A stretch of 64,000 nt of DNA from Terriglobales bacterium (GTDB lineage Bacteria; Acidobacteriota; Terriglobia; Terriglobales; Acidobacteriaceae): NCBI GenBank assembly GCA_036513715.1, contig DATBYM010000071.1, positions 12,630 to 76,629 on the forward strand. Direction: 5' to 3'. Shown in pieces: positions 44,595 through 52,772 of this stretch (the first letter of the stretch is position 1; every line of letters begins with the position of its first letter). The notes beneath the pieces were generated by a model. It had not been told where the DNA came from, did not search any database, and was given only the letters and a program-made list of their open reading frames with translations. A program made the translations under genes and the position numbers.

Positions 44595-45338
44595 TCAAAA
44601 AGACTTTAAATCAGCCACCACCCAGGCAGCCCCTGTAACAAGGAAAGTCAGGACGCATTCGGACCAGTTGAAATGCGCCTTCGGGTGAGCAATCAGGCGC
44701 GGAACCCAAACCGCAACGCCAAAGAGCGCCAGCATGAGTGTCATTAGACGTATTGCAAGCCGTGCCTGGCGATTCATGAGAATAGCAATTGCTGCGATCG
44801 CAAACGCGACCGTCGTAAGGATCGCCCAAAACATCTGGTTGGGAGGAATCCACTTTGGAACCAGGCTAGCTGTCTCACGAGGTAAGAGTGCCTGACCCAG
44901 CGTAAAGGAAATCGCGCAGACTCCCAGTCCAAGGCGCGCCAGTCGGCCAAACGCTATCGCCCTTGCTGCATTCGCCTCAGTCGCGGCGTACAGCGCAATC
45001 GCGCCGCAGAGTAAGGAAAAGAACAGGAAGAAGCTCCCCCCGTAGCGCTCATAGCTGTTCGATGCGGCAATGATGTCAGGTATGCAGGCCAGCGAGAAAC
45101 ACAAACAGACAACGCAAAGTACGACCGAAGCCAAGCGCGCGGTCCGCGGGTACTGCATCCCAATCGCACCGGCAATTAGAGCGGCCATGAGACATCCGCC
45201 GATGAGCGTGCCAAAAGGCAGCCTCCAGATGTGCTGCAGGTTTTGCCAGGTGTCAGAGTCGTGCCACATCAGTGCAATGACGCCGAACAGCGCCGCCGAC
45301 GCGCCAAAGACGATCCGTCCGTACAACGCCGTCTTCAT
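44595..45338 (-). CDS. Polytopic membrane protein (247 aa), hypothetical
   Basis: About 7-8 hydrophobic helices. No recognisable motif. Confidence 0.7.
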   Translation of the reverse strand: MKTALYGRIVFGASAALFGVIALMWHDSDTWQNLQHIWRLPFGTLIGGCLMAALIAGAIGMQYPRTARLASVVLCVVCLCFSLACIPDIIAASNSYERYGGSFFLFFSLLCGAIALYAATEANAARAIAFGRLARLGLGVCAISFTLGQALLPRETASLVPKWIPPNQMFWAILTTVAFAIAAIAILMNRQARLAIRLMTLMLALFGVAVWVPRLIAHPKAHFNWSECVLTFLVTGAAWVVADLKSF

Positions 45339-45513
45339 AGAGAGAAAGTGATGCTGCCCTGGGTTACCTGGGACGCCCCCGCACTAAGTCTGGATCGAGT
45401 CCTTTAGTCGCCGGGACCAGTATAGTCTCAGGAATCTTCACCGGGTCTGCGTGCTATGGCCTAGTTACAAGAGTTACCCGCAACTCGTTCGCGAGGGAGC
45501 GAACGAATGCAGC

Positions 45514-47091
45514 CTAGACCTGCTGACGGAGGTTCGGACGCAACGTGAGCGAGCCGTCATCGTTCAGCCTCTGGTGACAGGCCCACCGCACAGGATAGCG
45601 CATTCCCTTTACCTCAATCTCCGCTCTAAGTTTTAATCCTTTCCAATCGGTGACGTTGGGAAGCACAAACTGTGCCTGCCGAATCTTGCCCGGTAACGGG
45701 TAACCGGCGTCCAGACAACCGCTCTTGAATACCTTTCCGTCCTGGCTCTCCACGGTTACCCTCAATACGCCCGGCACACCTGCGATTCCGTCATTTCGGA
45801 AGCCGACAATCAGCCCCGTGGAACCATCGTCCTTATAGCTCCAGATGAAAGACGGCCTCACCCGATAGCCAATTCGGCGATTGATCTGGTCGAACGCCGC
45901 CGGATAAGCCTGGTAGTAGCTCATCAGATTCTTTGCGCTGATCTGGTGAAAATTCCAGAGCGACCAGTAATTCGCCCCGACATCGATCACATGAGCGATC
46001 ATGTCCTCCGCCGGCGATATCCCTTCATAGGAAACGCTTGGATCGGGGGGAGTACCCGGAAGCCCCTGCTCGAGCAATGCCGCGGTCCAGGGCGGGCGAT
46101 TGCTGAGCGCTTCAATCTGCTCGTTCTCAATAAAGATGGTATCGCTGCGAATCCAATTGTTGCTGCGGACCGTGCGGTCGACCAGTTCTGAATTACCAAC
46201 CCGGCTATAGTCCGGTTGAGTATTGGTGAGCAGAGGAGTTCTCTTAAAGTGTTCGAGCTGGACTTCGAGCATGTTTATCCAGGTGCGCTCTGCGGTCAGG
46301 TAGTCAGGGAAAGGATTGTTGCCAAATGGCCAAGTGTGCCCTTCACCCCAAAAGCCGTACATGAAGCTATCGATATACTCGATGAGCGGATTGCCATCAA
46401 ATTCCGCTGCCAATAGGCCAACCAGTTCTTTGAATGCCCGCTGAAAAAAAGGATGGTCAAACCGAGGCTGATAACGTGAATGCGGATTTTCCAAATATCT
46501 TTTCGCCGAGTCGCTGCTTTCCTGGTCGCTAAGAACGAGATCCACTTTCGGCACTCTGTCGAGGACAAAATCCGGCAGGGCCGCTTCGTGCGTATAGTCC
46601 GGAGCACTCATCTGAACTCGCAATCCGACTCGCTTGTTGTTTTTCTTCGCCAATTCAAAAACGAGCTTTACGTAGTCGGGCATCTCCAGACGTCCGGGCC
46701 GCGGCTGCATTTCCCTCCAGGTCGGGCGGATGTAAAGCTGCTGGCCTAATGGAAAGCGAACCAAGTCTTCGATCGCCTGAGGAATATTGTCTGACTTGAT
46801 TTCCTCCGTGCCACTGTCTGCCGTGATATAGGTGACCAGCCCCTTGCCATAGTTCGGCACGGCGCTTTCCGAGGAAGTAGTCGTCATTACCACATCGTCA
46901 GTCGGGATAACCGCATCCGGTGGATATTGAGGGAACGGACCCTGATTGAGCCGATCGGCCACTTGGGGACCGGGGCCGAAGTCGTAGTTTTCCCAGTTGT
47001 GGGCGGGAACCTTCGCCTGCACTTTCCCCATTCCAAGCTCTGCAGCTACGGCAACAGCGACACTACTTTTCAGAAAATCTCTGCGCTGCAT
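45514..47091 (-). CDS. Tat-exported glycoside-hydrolase-like protein (DUF4832-like TIM-barrel, tentative)
   Basis: ATG 47091 follows AGGAGA and gives MQRRDFLKSSVAVAVAAELG (twin-arginine signal). ..IRPTWREMQPRPG.., ..FMYGFWGEGHTWPF.. resemble GH-like DUF4832 proteins. Confidence 0.75.
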   Translation of the reverse strand: MQRRDFLKSSVAVAVAAELGMGKVQAKVPAHNWENYDFGPGPQVADRLNQGPFPQYPPDAVIPTDDVVMTTTSSESAVPNYGKGLVTYITADSGTEEIKSDNIPQAIEDLVRFPLGQQLYIRPTWREMQPRPGRLEMPDYVKLVFELAKKNNKRVGLRVQMSAPDYTHEAALPDFVLDRVPKVDLVLSDQESSDSAKRYLENPHSRYQPRFDHPFFQRAFKELVGLLAAEFDGNPLIEYIDSFMYGFWGEGHTWPFGNNPFPDYLTAERTWINMLEVQLEHFKRTPLLTNTQPDYSRVGNSELVDRTVRSNNWIRSDTIFIENEQIEALSNRPPWTAALLEQGLPGTPPDPSVSYEGISPAEDMIAHVIDVGANYWSLWNFHQISAKNLMSYYQAYPAAFDQINRRIGYRVRPSFIWSYKDDGSTGLIVGFRNDGIAGVPGVLRVTVESQDGKVFKSGCLDAGYPLPGKIRQAQFVLPNVTDWKGLKLRAEIEVKGMRYPVRWACHQRLNDDGSLTLRPNLRQQV

Positions 47092-47285
47092 CGAAATTAT
47101 CTCCTGCCGGCCATTGCGATTAGCTGTGCGTTTCTGACCGATTGTAGTACCACGTTCGTCTCGGTGAGTTTTGCCTCGAATTGACATGCAAAGAGCGAGC
47201 CCTTGCTCTCGCAGCGCAGTCGTGATGCAATTTCGTTCACAACCAATCGTCTAGTTGGCGCAGTCAAGAAGGGGGGCATCGCTAC

Positions 47286-49085
47286 ATGGATCGAAGAGTG
47301 TTCTTGAAAACAGCCGGAGCAGCATCACTCGTGCCACTATGGCCACGCAGTCTGTCCGGAGTTCCCGCGATTCGCAGGGTGCGGCCTTCCGATCCCGGTT
47401 GGCCCTCCAATGGAGCCTGGAAGCGTCTCAACGATGCAGTTGGCGGCAACCTCATCCCAATCGACTTTCCGATCAACGCATGTTTGTCCTCGCCACAGAG
47501 TGCGGACTGCAAGGCTCTGTTCGCAAATCTGAAAAATCCCTACTACATCGGAGACAGCCCCGGCGTAACGCAAACCTTGGGCTGGGTTGATGCCTGGACG
47601 ACGAAACCGAGTGTTTATGCCGTTGCCGCAAGAAATGCTGACGACATCGCTGCCGCGGTGGATTTCGCCCGCGAGCACAATTTGCGCCTGGTCGTCAAAG
47701 GCGGCGGCCACAGCTATCAAGGCACGTCGAACGCGCCCGATTCTCTCCTGATCTGGACGCGCCACATGCATGACATCACCATCAACCCCAGTTTTATTCC
47801 TCAGGGTTGCCAGTCCACTCATGCTCCCCAGCGGGCGGTCACGGTTGGCTCGGGAACCATCTGGATGCAAGCCTACGACGCGGTCACAACCAAGGCTGGG
47901 GCGTACGTTCAAGGCGGCGGCTGCACCACGGTCGGTGTGGCGGGTCTGATCCAAAGCGGTGGATTCGGTAGCTTCTCGAAGCATTACGGCATGGCCGCAG
48001 CCGGCTTTCTCGAAGCTGAGGTGGTGACGGCCGATGGCAAAGTGCGAATTGCGAATGCCTGTACAAATCCGGATCTGTTCTGGGCTTTGAAAGGCGGCGG
48101 AGGAGGCACCTTCGGTGTCGTGAGCAAGTTGACCTTGCGCGTGCGAGATCTTCCCGAACTGGCTGGAGGCGCCAACTTAACCGTCAAGGCTTCTTCCGAT
48201 GACGCCTATCGCCGTCTGATCCGCCAGTTTGTTGGTTTTTATCGTGACGCTCTATTCAACGATCATTGGGGCGAGCAAGCGCACTTTTCTCCCGATAACA
48301 AGCTCGAGATCAGCATGGTGCACCTTGATTTGGAGACGGAGCAATCGCGAAAAGTGTGGCAGCCATTTCTCAATTGGCTGGCGCAGTCTTCCGGCGCTTA
48401 CACGATCGAGTCTGAGCCTGAGATTGGCAGCATGCCGTTCCGGCATTGGTGGGATGTCGGCTGGCGAAAAGAGCATCAGCAAGATGTTTTCAAGGCAGAC
48501 TCCCGCCCGGGCGTTGGCGCAAGCAACGTCTGGTGGAACGGCGACGGCGGCCAAGTTGGTTGCGTTATCTGGGGTTTCGAATCGCTTTGGCTGCCAGCAT
48601 CGTTGTTGCAAGACGACTCACAAGAAAAATTGGCCAATGCATTGTTTGCGGCCTCCCGGTTCAGCGAAGTCGAGCTCCACTTCAATAAGGGGTTCGCGGG
48701 CGCACCTCCCGAAGCCGTCGAAGCGGCAAAAGACACTGCGATGAATCCCGCAGTATGTGGCGCCTTTGCTCTCGCCATCGTCGCCGACGGCCAAGGCTCC
48801 GCCTATCCCGGCATTCCCGGCCATGAGCCGGATATTGTCAAAGGCCGCCAAGGCGCCGGCACGGTGCATCGCTGCACGAACGAACTTCGCGCGGTCGCTG
48901 CGGGCGGCGGAGCCTACGTCTCCGAGAGCAACTTCTTCGAGTCCGACTTCCAGCATGCCTACTGGGGCAGTAACTATTCGCGACTCGCCGAAATCAAAAA
49001 GAAGTACGATCCCGAGGACCTCTTCTTTGTCCACAACGGTGTCGGCTCAGAGCAGTGGACTGCTGACGGTTTTACCAGGCTCTGA
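47286..49085 (+). CDS. Tat-exported FAD-linked oxidase with a berberine-bridge-enzyme (BBE)-like C-terminus
   Basis: MDRRVFLKTAGAASLVPLW is a Tat-type signal. FAD_binding_4 motifs (..LRLVVKGGGHSYQG.., ..GGCTTVGVAGLIQSGGFG..). The BBE-like end is ..YSRLAEIKKKYDPEDLFFVHNGVGSE.. Confidence 0.9.
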   Translation: MDRRVFLKTAGAASLVPLWPRSLSGVPAIRRVRPSDPGWPSNGAWKRLNDAVGGNLIPIDFPINACLSSPQSADCKALFANLKNPYYIGDSPGVTQTLGWVDAWTTKPSVYAVAARNADDIAAAVDFAREHNLRLVVKGGGHSYQGTSNAPDSLLIWTRHMHDITINPSFIPQGCQSTHAPQRAVTVGSGTIWMQAYDAVTTKAGAYVQGGGCTTVGVAGLIQSGGFGSFSKHYGMAAAGFLEAEVVTADGKVRIANACTNPDLFWALKGGGGGTFGVVSKLTLRVRDLPELAGGANLTVKASSDDAYRRLIRQFVGFYRDALFNDHWGEQAHFSPDNKLEISMVHLDLETEQSRKVWQPFLNWLAQSSGAYTIESEPEIGSMPFRHWWDVGWRKEHQQDVFKADSRPGVGASNVWWNGDGGQVGCVIWGFESLWLPASLLQDDSQEKLANALFAASRFSEVELHFNKGFAGAPPEAVEAAKDTAMNPAVCGAFALAIVADGQGSAYPGIPGHEPDIVKGRQGAGTVHRCTNELRAVAAGGGAYVSESNFFESDFQHAYWGSNYSRLAEIKKKYDPEDLFFVHNGVGSEQWTADGFTRL

Positions 49086-49322
49086 CCTTATCGATCGGGT
49101 TCGGTTCCCACCAACATCGTTCGGCACACACGAAACCATCACGGCCGCAAGTCAGAATGGCGCGTTTCCGTAGCTGAGCATTCTCAGCGGTTTCTACGCT
49201 TACTTCAGGCCTAGTTTAATGACAACGAATTTCCCTGTATCATGGCTATCGCCGTATTCAATCGAAACAGGTTAGCGCTCGATAGCGGATGCCATGTCAG
49301 CGCGAACGCATGAGGAGGTTTG

Positions 49323-50096
49323 ATGTCTCAGATTGACGTCCCATTGTCGCGCGCGGGGTTCGGGCAGACGCAGCGAACCGACAATTGGTGGGTACAGCCG
49401 CTGGTTGTGTTCCTGGGGTTGTCAGCATTCATCGTTTACTCCACATGGGCCGCGTTGCAGGGGAATCATTTCAGGTTTGGACCCTATCTCTCCCCGTTCT
49501 ACTCGCCTGAATTGTTCGGTCCTGAGGGTTGGTTTGGTTCAAACCCCAGCTGGATGCCGGTTTGGGTTACAGGAGCGATGCTCATACTCTGGGCCCCCGG
49601 CGGTTTTCGATTTACGTGCTACTACTACCGCGGCGCATATTACAAGGCTTTTTGGGCCGATCCGCCAGCCTGCACCGTGGGCGAACCGCGCAAGACATAC
49701 CTCGGCGAGCGATCGTTTCCTTTGATCATGCAAAACGTTCATCGCTATTTTCTTTATCTGGCTCTGCTCTTTCTCATCATCCTGGCGCGGGACGTGTGGG
49801 ATGCGTTTTGGTTTGACGGCCGGTTTGGAATCGGCGTCGGCACTCTTGTCTTGTTGACGAACCTCGTGCTGCTGAGCTCCTACACCTTCGGATGTCACTC
49901 ATTTCGTCATCTAGTCGGCGGTTTTCGCGATCGATTAGCGGGAGCGCCGGCTCGCAAGCGAGTTTACGATTGCGTGAGTTGCCTGAACCGCCGCCACATG
50001 CTGTTTGCCTGGTGCAGCCTGATGTCGGTAGGGTTCTCCGACTTGTATATACGGATGTGCTCGATGGGTATCTGGACGGATTGGAGGATCGTCTAG
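49323..50096 (+). CDS. sdhC: Succinate dehydrogenase/fumarate reductase membrane anchor (single 5-TM cytochrome b-type subunit)
   Basis: Five TM helices with conserved His residues. It lies directly upstream of sdhA, with stop and start overlapping (TAGTG). GAGGAGG sits 4 nt before ATG 49323. Confidence 0.8.
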   Translation: MSQIDVPLSRAGFGQTQRTDNWWVQPLVVFLGLSAFIVYSTWAALQGNHFRFGPYLSPFYSPELFGPEGWFGSNPSWMPVWVTGAMLILWAPGGFRFTCYYYRGAYYKAFWADPPACTVGEPRKTYLGERSFPLIMQNVHRYFLYLALLFLIILARDVWDAFWFDGRFGIGVGTLVLLTNLVLLSSYTFGCHSFRHLVGGFRDRLAGAPARKRVYDCVSCLNRRHMLFAWCSLMSVGFSDLYIRMCSMGIWTDWRIV

Positions 50097-51907
50097 TGAG
50101 CGAGTACATCACGCACGAACACGACGTTCTGATCATTGGAGCCGGGGGGGCCGGTCTGCGGGCCGCTATCGAGGCTTCGGCCGCGGGGGTAAAGGTCGCG
50201 GTCATTTCGAAATCTCTTCTCGGCAAAGCGCACACCGTCATGGCTGAGGGTGGCGTAGCCGCGGCGATGGGAAACGTGGACGACCGCGATAGCTGGCGCG
50301 TTCACTTTGCCGACACCATGCGCGGCGGCCAATACCTGAATAACTGGCGTATGGCAGAGTTGCATGCCAAAGAAGCCCCGGCGCGCGTGCGTGAACTGGA
50401 GGCTTGGGGCGCGCTTTTTGATCGCACCAGCGATGGCCGAATTCTGCAACGGAATTTCGGTGGCCATCGCTATCCTCGCCTCGCCCACGTCGGTGACCGC
50501 ACCGGCCTGGAGATGATCCGCACTCTTCAGGACCATGGAATCCATCTCGGCCTCGACGTTTTCATGGAACATACGGTCGTCACGCTGCTAAAGGATGGCG
50601 GCCGCATTGCGGGCGCGTTTGGATACGATCGCGAGCGCGGTCGATTTCATCTGTTCCGCGCCAAAGCCGTGGTGCTGGCGACGGGAGGAATTGGCAGGGC
50701 TTTCAAAATCACCAGCAACAGTTGGGAATATACGGGCGATGGCCATGCGCTCGCATACGATGCCGGCGCGGCGCTGATGGACATGGAATTTGTGCAATTC
50801 CATCCCACGGGAATGATTTGGCCGCCCAGCGTGCGCGGCATTCTGGTCACGGAAGGAGTGCGCGGCGAGGGCGGAGTGCTGCGTAATAAGAATGGCGAAA
50901 GATTCATGTTCCAAGATGTTCCGCCGCTGTACATCAACCAGACCGCCGATTCGGAAGAAGAAGGCTGGCGCTACACGCAGGGGGATAAGAACGCGAGACG
51001 CCCGCCCGAATTGCTGACCCGCGACCACGTGGCCCGCTGCATCCGGCGTGAAGTGCGCGAAGGGCGCGGCAGTCCGCACGGCGGCGTGTTCCTGGACATT
51101 GCCTGGATCAAGGAGAGAATCCCGAACGCGGCGGAGCATATAAAGAAGAAGTTGCCCAGCATGTATCACCAATTCAAGCAGCTTGCCGACATTGACATTA
51201 CGCAAGAGGCGATGGAAGTGGGTCCTACGACTCACTACATGATGGGGGGCGTCAAAGTCGACGGCGATTCACAAATGTCAGACGTGGCTGGCTTGTTTGC
51301 AGCGGGAGAATGTGCGGCAGGTCTGCACGGCGCCAACCGGCTCGGCGGGAATTCACTCTCCGATTTATTAGTTTTCGGCAAGCGAGCGGGAGAGTATGCC
51401 GCGGCTTACGCGAAAAATAACTCGCTGGGCACAGTGAACACGGATGCGGTCGGATCAGCGGAAAATTGGGCGTTGCAGCCCTTCGAGCGTCAGGGCCCCG
51501 ACAATCCATACGCCGTCCAACATGCATTGCAGGATTTGATGCAGGACTTGGTAGGAATCGTCCGTCAGGAACAAGAGATGCTCCAAGCGCTCGCACGTAT
51601 TCGAGAGTTGAAAGCTGCCAGTGAGCGGGTTAGCGTTCCCGGAAACCGAGAATACAATTCGGGATGGCACACGGCGCTCGACTTGCACAGCCTGTTGACC
51701 GTATCGGAAATTGTGGCGCGGGCGGCGCTGGAGCGGAAAGAAAGCCGCGGGGCGCATTTTCGCGATGATTTTCCGGCCAAGGACGAAAAGTACGGCGGCT
51801 TCAACCTCGTGGTGCGAAAAGACGCAGGCGGAGAAATGCAGCTCATACGCGAGCCCATTCCAGCGATGCGAGAGGATCTGCAACAAATCATCCAGGAGAT
51901 GAAGTGA
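50096..51907 (+). CDS. sdhA: Succinate dehydrogenase/fumarate reductase flavoprotein subunit
   Basis: GTG 50096 gives ..HEHDVLIIGAGGAGLRAAIE.., ..HTVMAEGG.., ..HPTG.., ..GECA..GLHGANRLGGNSL.. The tracked ORF start at 49892 lies inside sdhC. Confidence 0.95.
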   Translation: MSEYITHEHDVLIIGAGGAGLRAAIEASAAGVKVAVISKSLLGKAHTVMAEGGVAAAMGNVDDRDSWRVHFADTMRGGQYLNNWRMAELHAKEAPARVRELEAWGALFDRTSDGRILQRNFGGHRYPRLAHVGDRTGLEMIRTLQDHGIHLGLDVFMEHTVVTLLKDGGRIAGAFGYDRERGRFHLFRAKAVVLATGGIGRAFKITSNSWEYTGDGHALAYDAGAALMDMEFVQFHPTGMIWPPSVRGILVTEGVRGEGGVLRNKNGERFMFQDVPPLYINQTADSEEEGWRYTQGDKNARRPPELLTRDHVARCIRREVREGRGSPHGGVFLDIAWIKERIPNAAEHIKKKLPSMYHQFKQLADIDITQEAMEVGPTTHYMMGGVKVDGDSQMSDVAGLFAAGECAAGLHGANRLGGNSLSDLLVFGKRAGEYAAAYAKNNSLGTVNTDAVGSAENWALQPFERQGPDNPYAVQHALQDLMQDLVGIVRQEQEMLQALARIRELKAASERVSVPGNREYNSGWHTALDLHSLLTVSEIVARAALERKESRGAHFRDDFPAKDEKYGGFNLVVRKDAGGEMQLIREPIPAMREDLQQIIQEMK

Positions 51908-52656
51908 TGGCGACGGCCACGTTTCGCATCTGGCGCGGTGAAAACGGCCAAGGGAAGTTCCAGGATTTCACTGCGGAAATCTCGGCGGGCATGGTGGTCC
52001 TCGACGCCGTGCATCAAATACAGGCGGAGCAGGCCGGCGATATGGCGGTTCGCTGGAACTGCAAGGCGGGCAAATGCGGCTCCTGCTCGGCCGAAGTCAA
52101 TGGCATGCCGAAATTGATGTGCATGACACGGCTGAACACACTGCCGCTGGACAGACCTGTGACCATCGAACCCATGAAAGCGTTTCCGCACATCAAGGAC
52201 CTGGTGACGGACGTATCGTGGAATTATGAAGTAAAGAAGCGCATCCCCAAGTTCCAGCCACGGCAGCCCGACGCGCCCGATGGCACCTGGCGCATTGCCC
52301 AGGAGGATGTCGAACGGGTGCAGGAGTTTCGCAAGTGCATCGAGTGCTATCTCTGCCAGGATGTCTGCCACGTATTGCGCGACCACCACATGCACGAACA
52401 ATTCATCGGCCCGCGATTTCTGGTGTATACCGCCGCGCTCGAAATGCACCCGTTGGACGTAGGCGATCGCCTGGAAGATCTGAAAAACCAATTTGGCATT
52501 GGCCTCTGCAACATCACCAAGTGCTGTACCAAGGTTTGTCCTGAAAGCATCACCATCACCGACAACGCGATCATCCCGCTCAAGGAGCGCGTCGTGGATC
52601 GCTTCTTCGATCCGCTGTCGAAACTGTTTCGGGTCTTCAGCAATTCGAAACGATAG
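51904..52656 (+). CDS. sdhB: Succinate dehydrogenase/fumarate reductase iron-sulfur subunit
   Basis: Cys clusters CKAGKCGSCS, CIECYLCQDVC and CNITKCCTKVCP. The start overlaps the sdhA stop. Confidence 0.95.
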   Translation: MMATATFRIWRGENGQGKFQDFTAEISAGMVVLDAVHQIQAEQAGDMAVRWNCKAGKCGSCSAEVNGMPKLMCMTRLNTLPLDRPVTIEPMKAFPHIKDLVTDVSWNYEVKKRIPKFQPRQPDAPDGTWRIAQEDVERVQEFRKCIECYLCQDVCHVLRDHHMHEQFIGPRFLVYTAALEMHPLDVGDRLEDLKNQFGIGLCNITKCCTKVCPESITITDNAIIPLKERVVDRFFDPLSKLFRVFSNSKR

Positions 52657-52772
52657 AACACGTTATGGGGTTTCGAACTGAAATCCATTCTTAGGCAGAG
52701 TATTCTCGAAGCCCCGGGCCAGAATCGCCGCTGCGCGGCGATGTGCTCAGCACGTTATAATTGCGCGCGCGT

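Noticed and set aside
49892-50095. Upstream extension of the sdhA ORF given in the track
   Set aside because: It lies inside the sdhC-like gene in another frame. The FAD-binding motif begins right after GTG 50096, which overlaps the sdhC stop.
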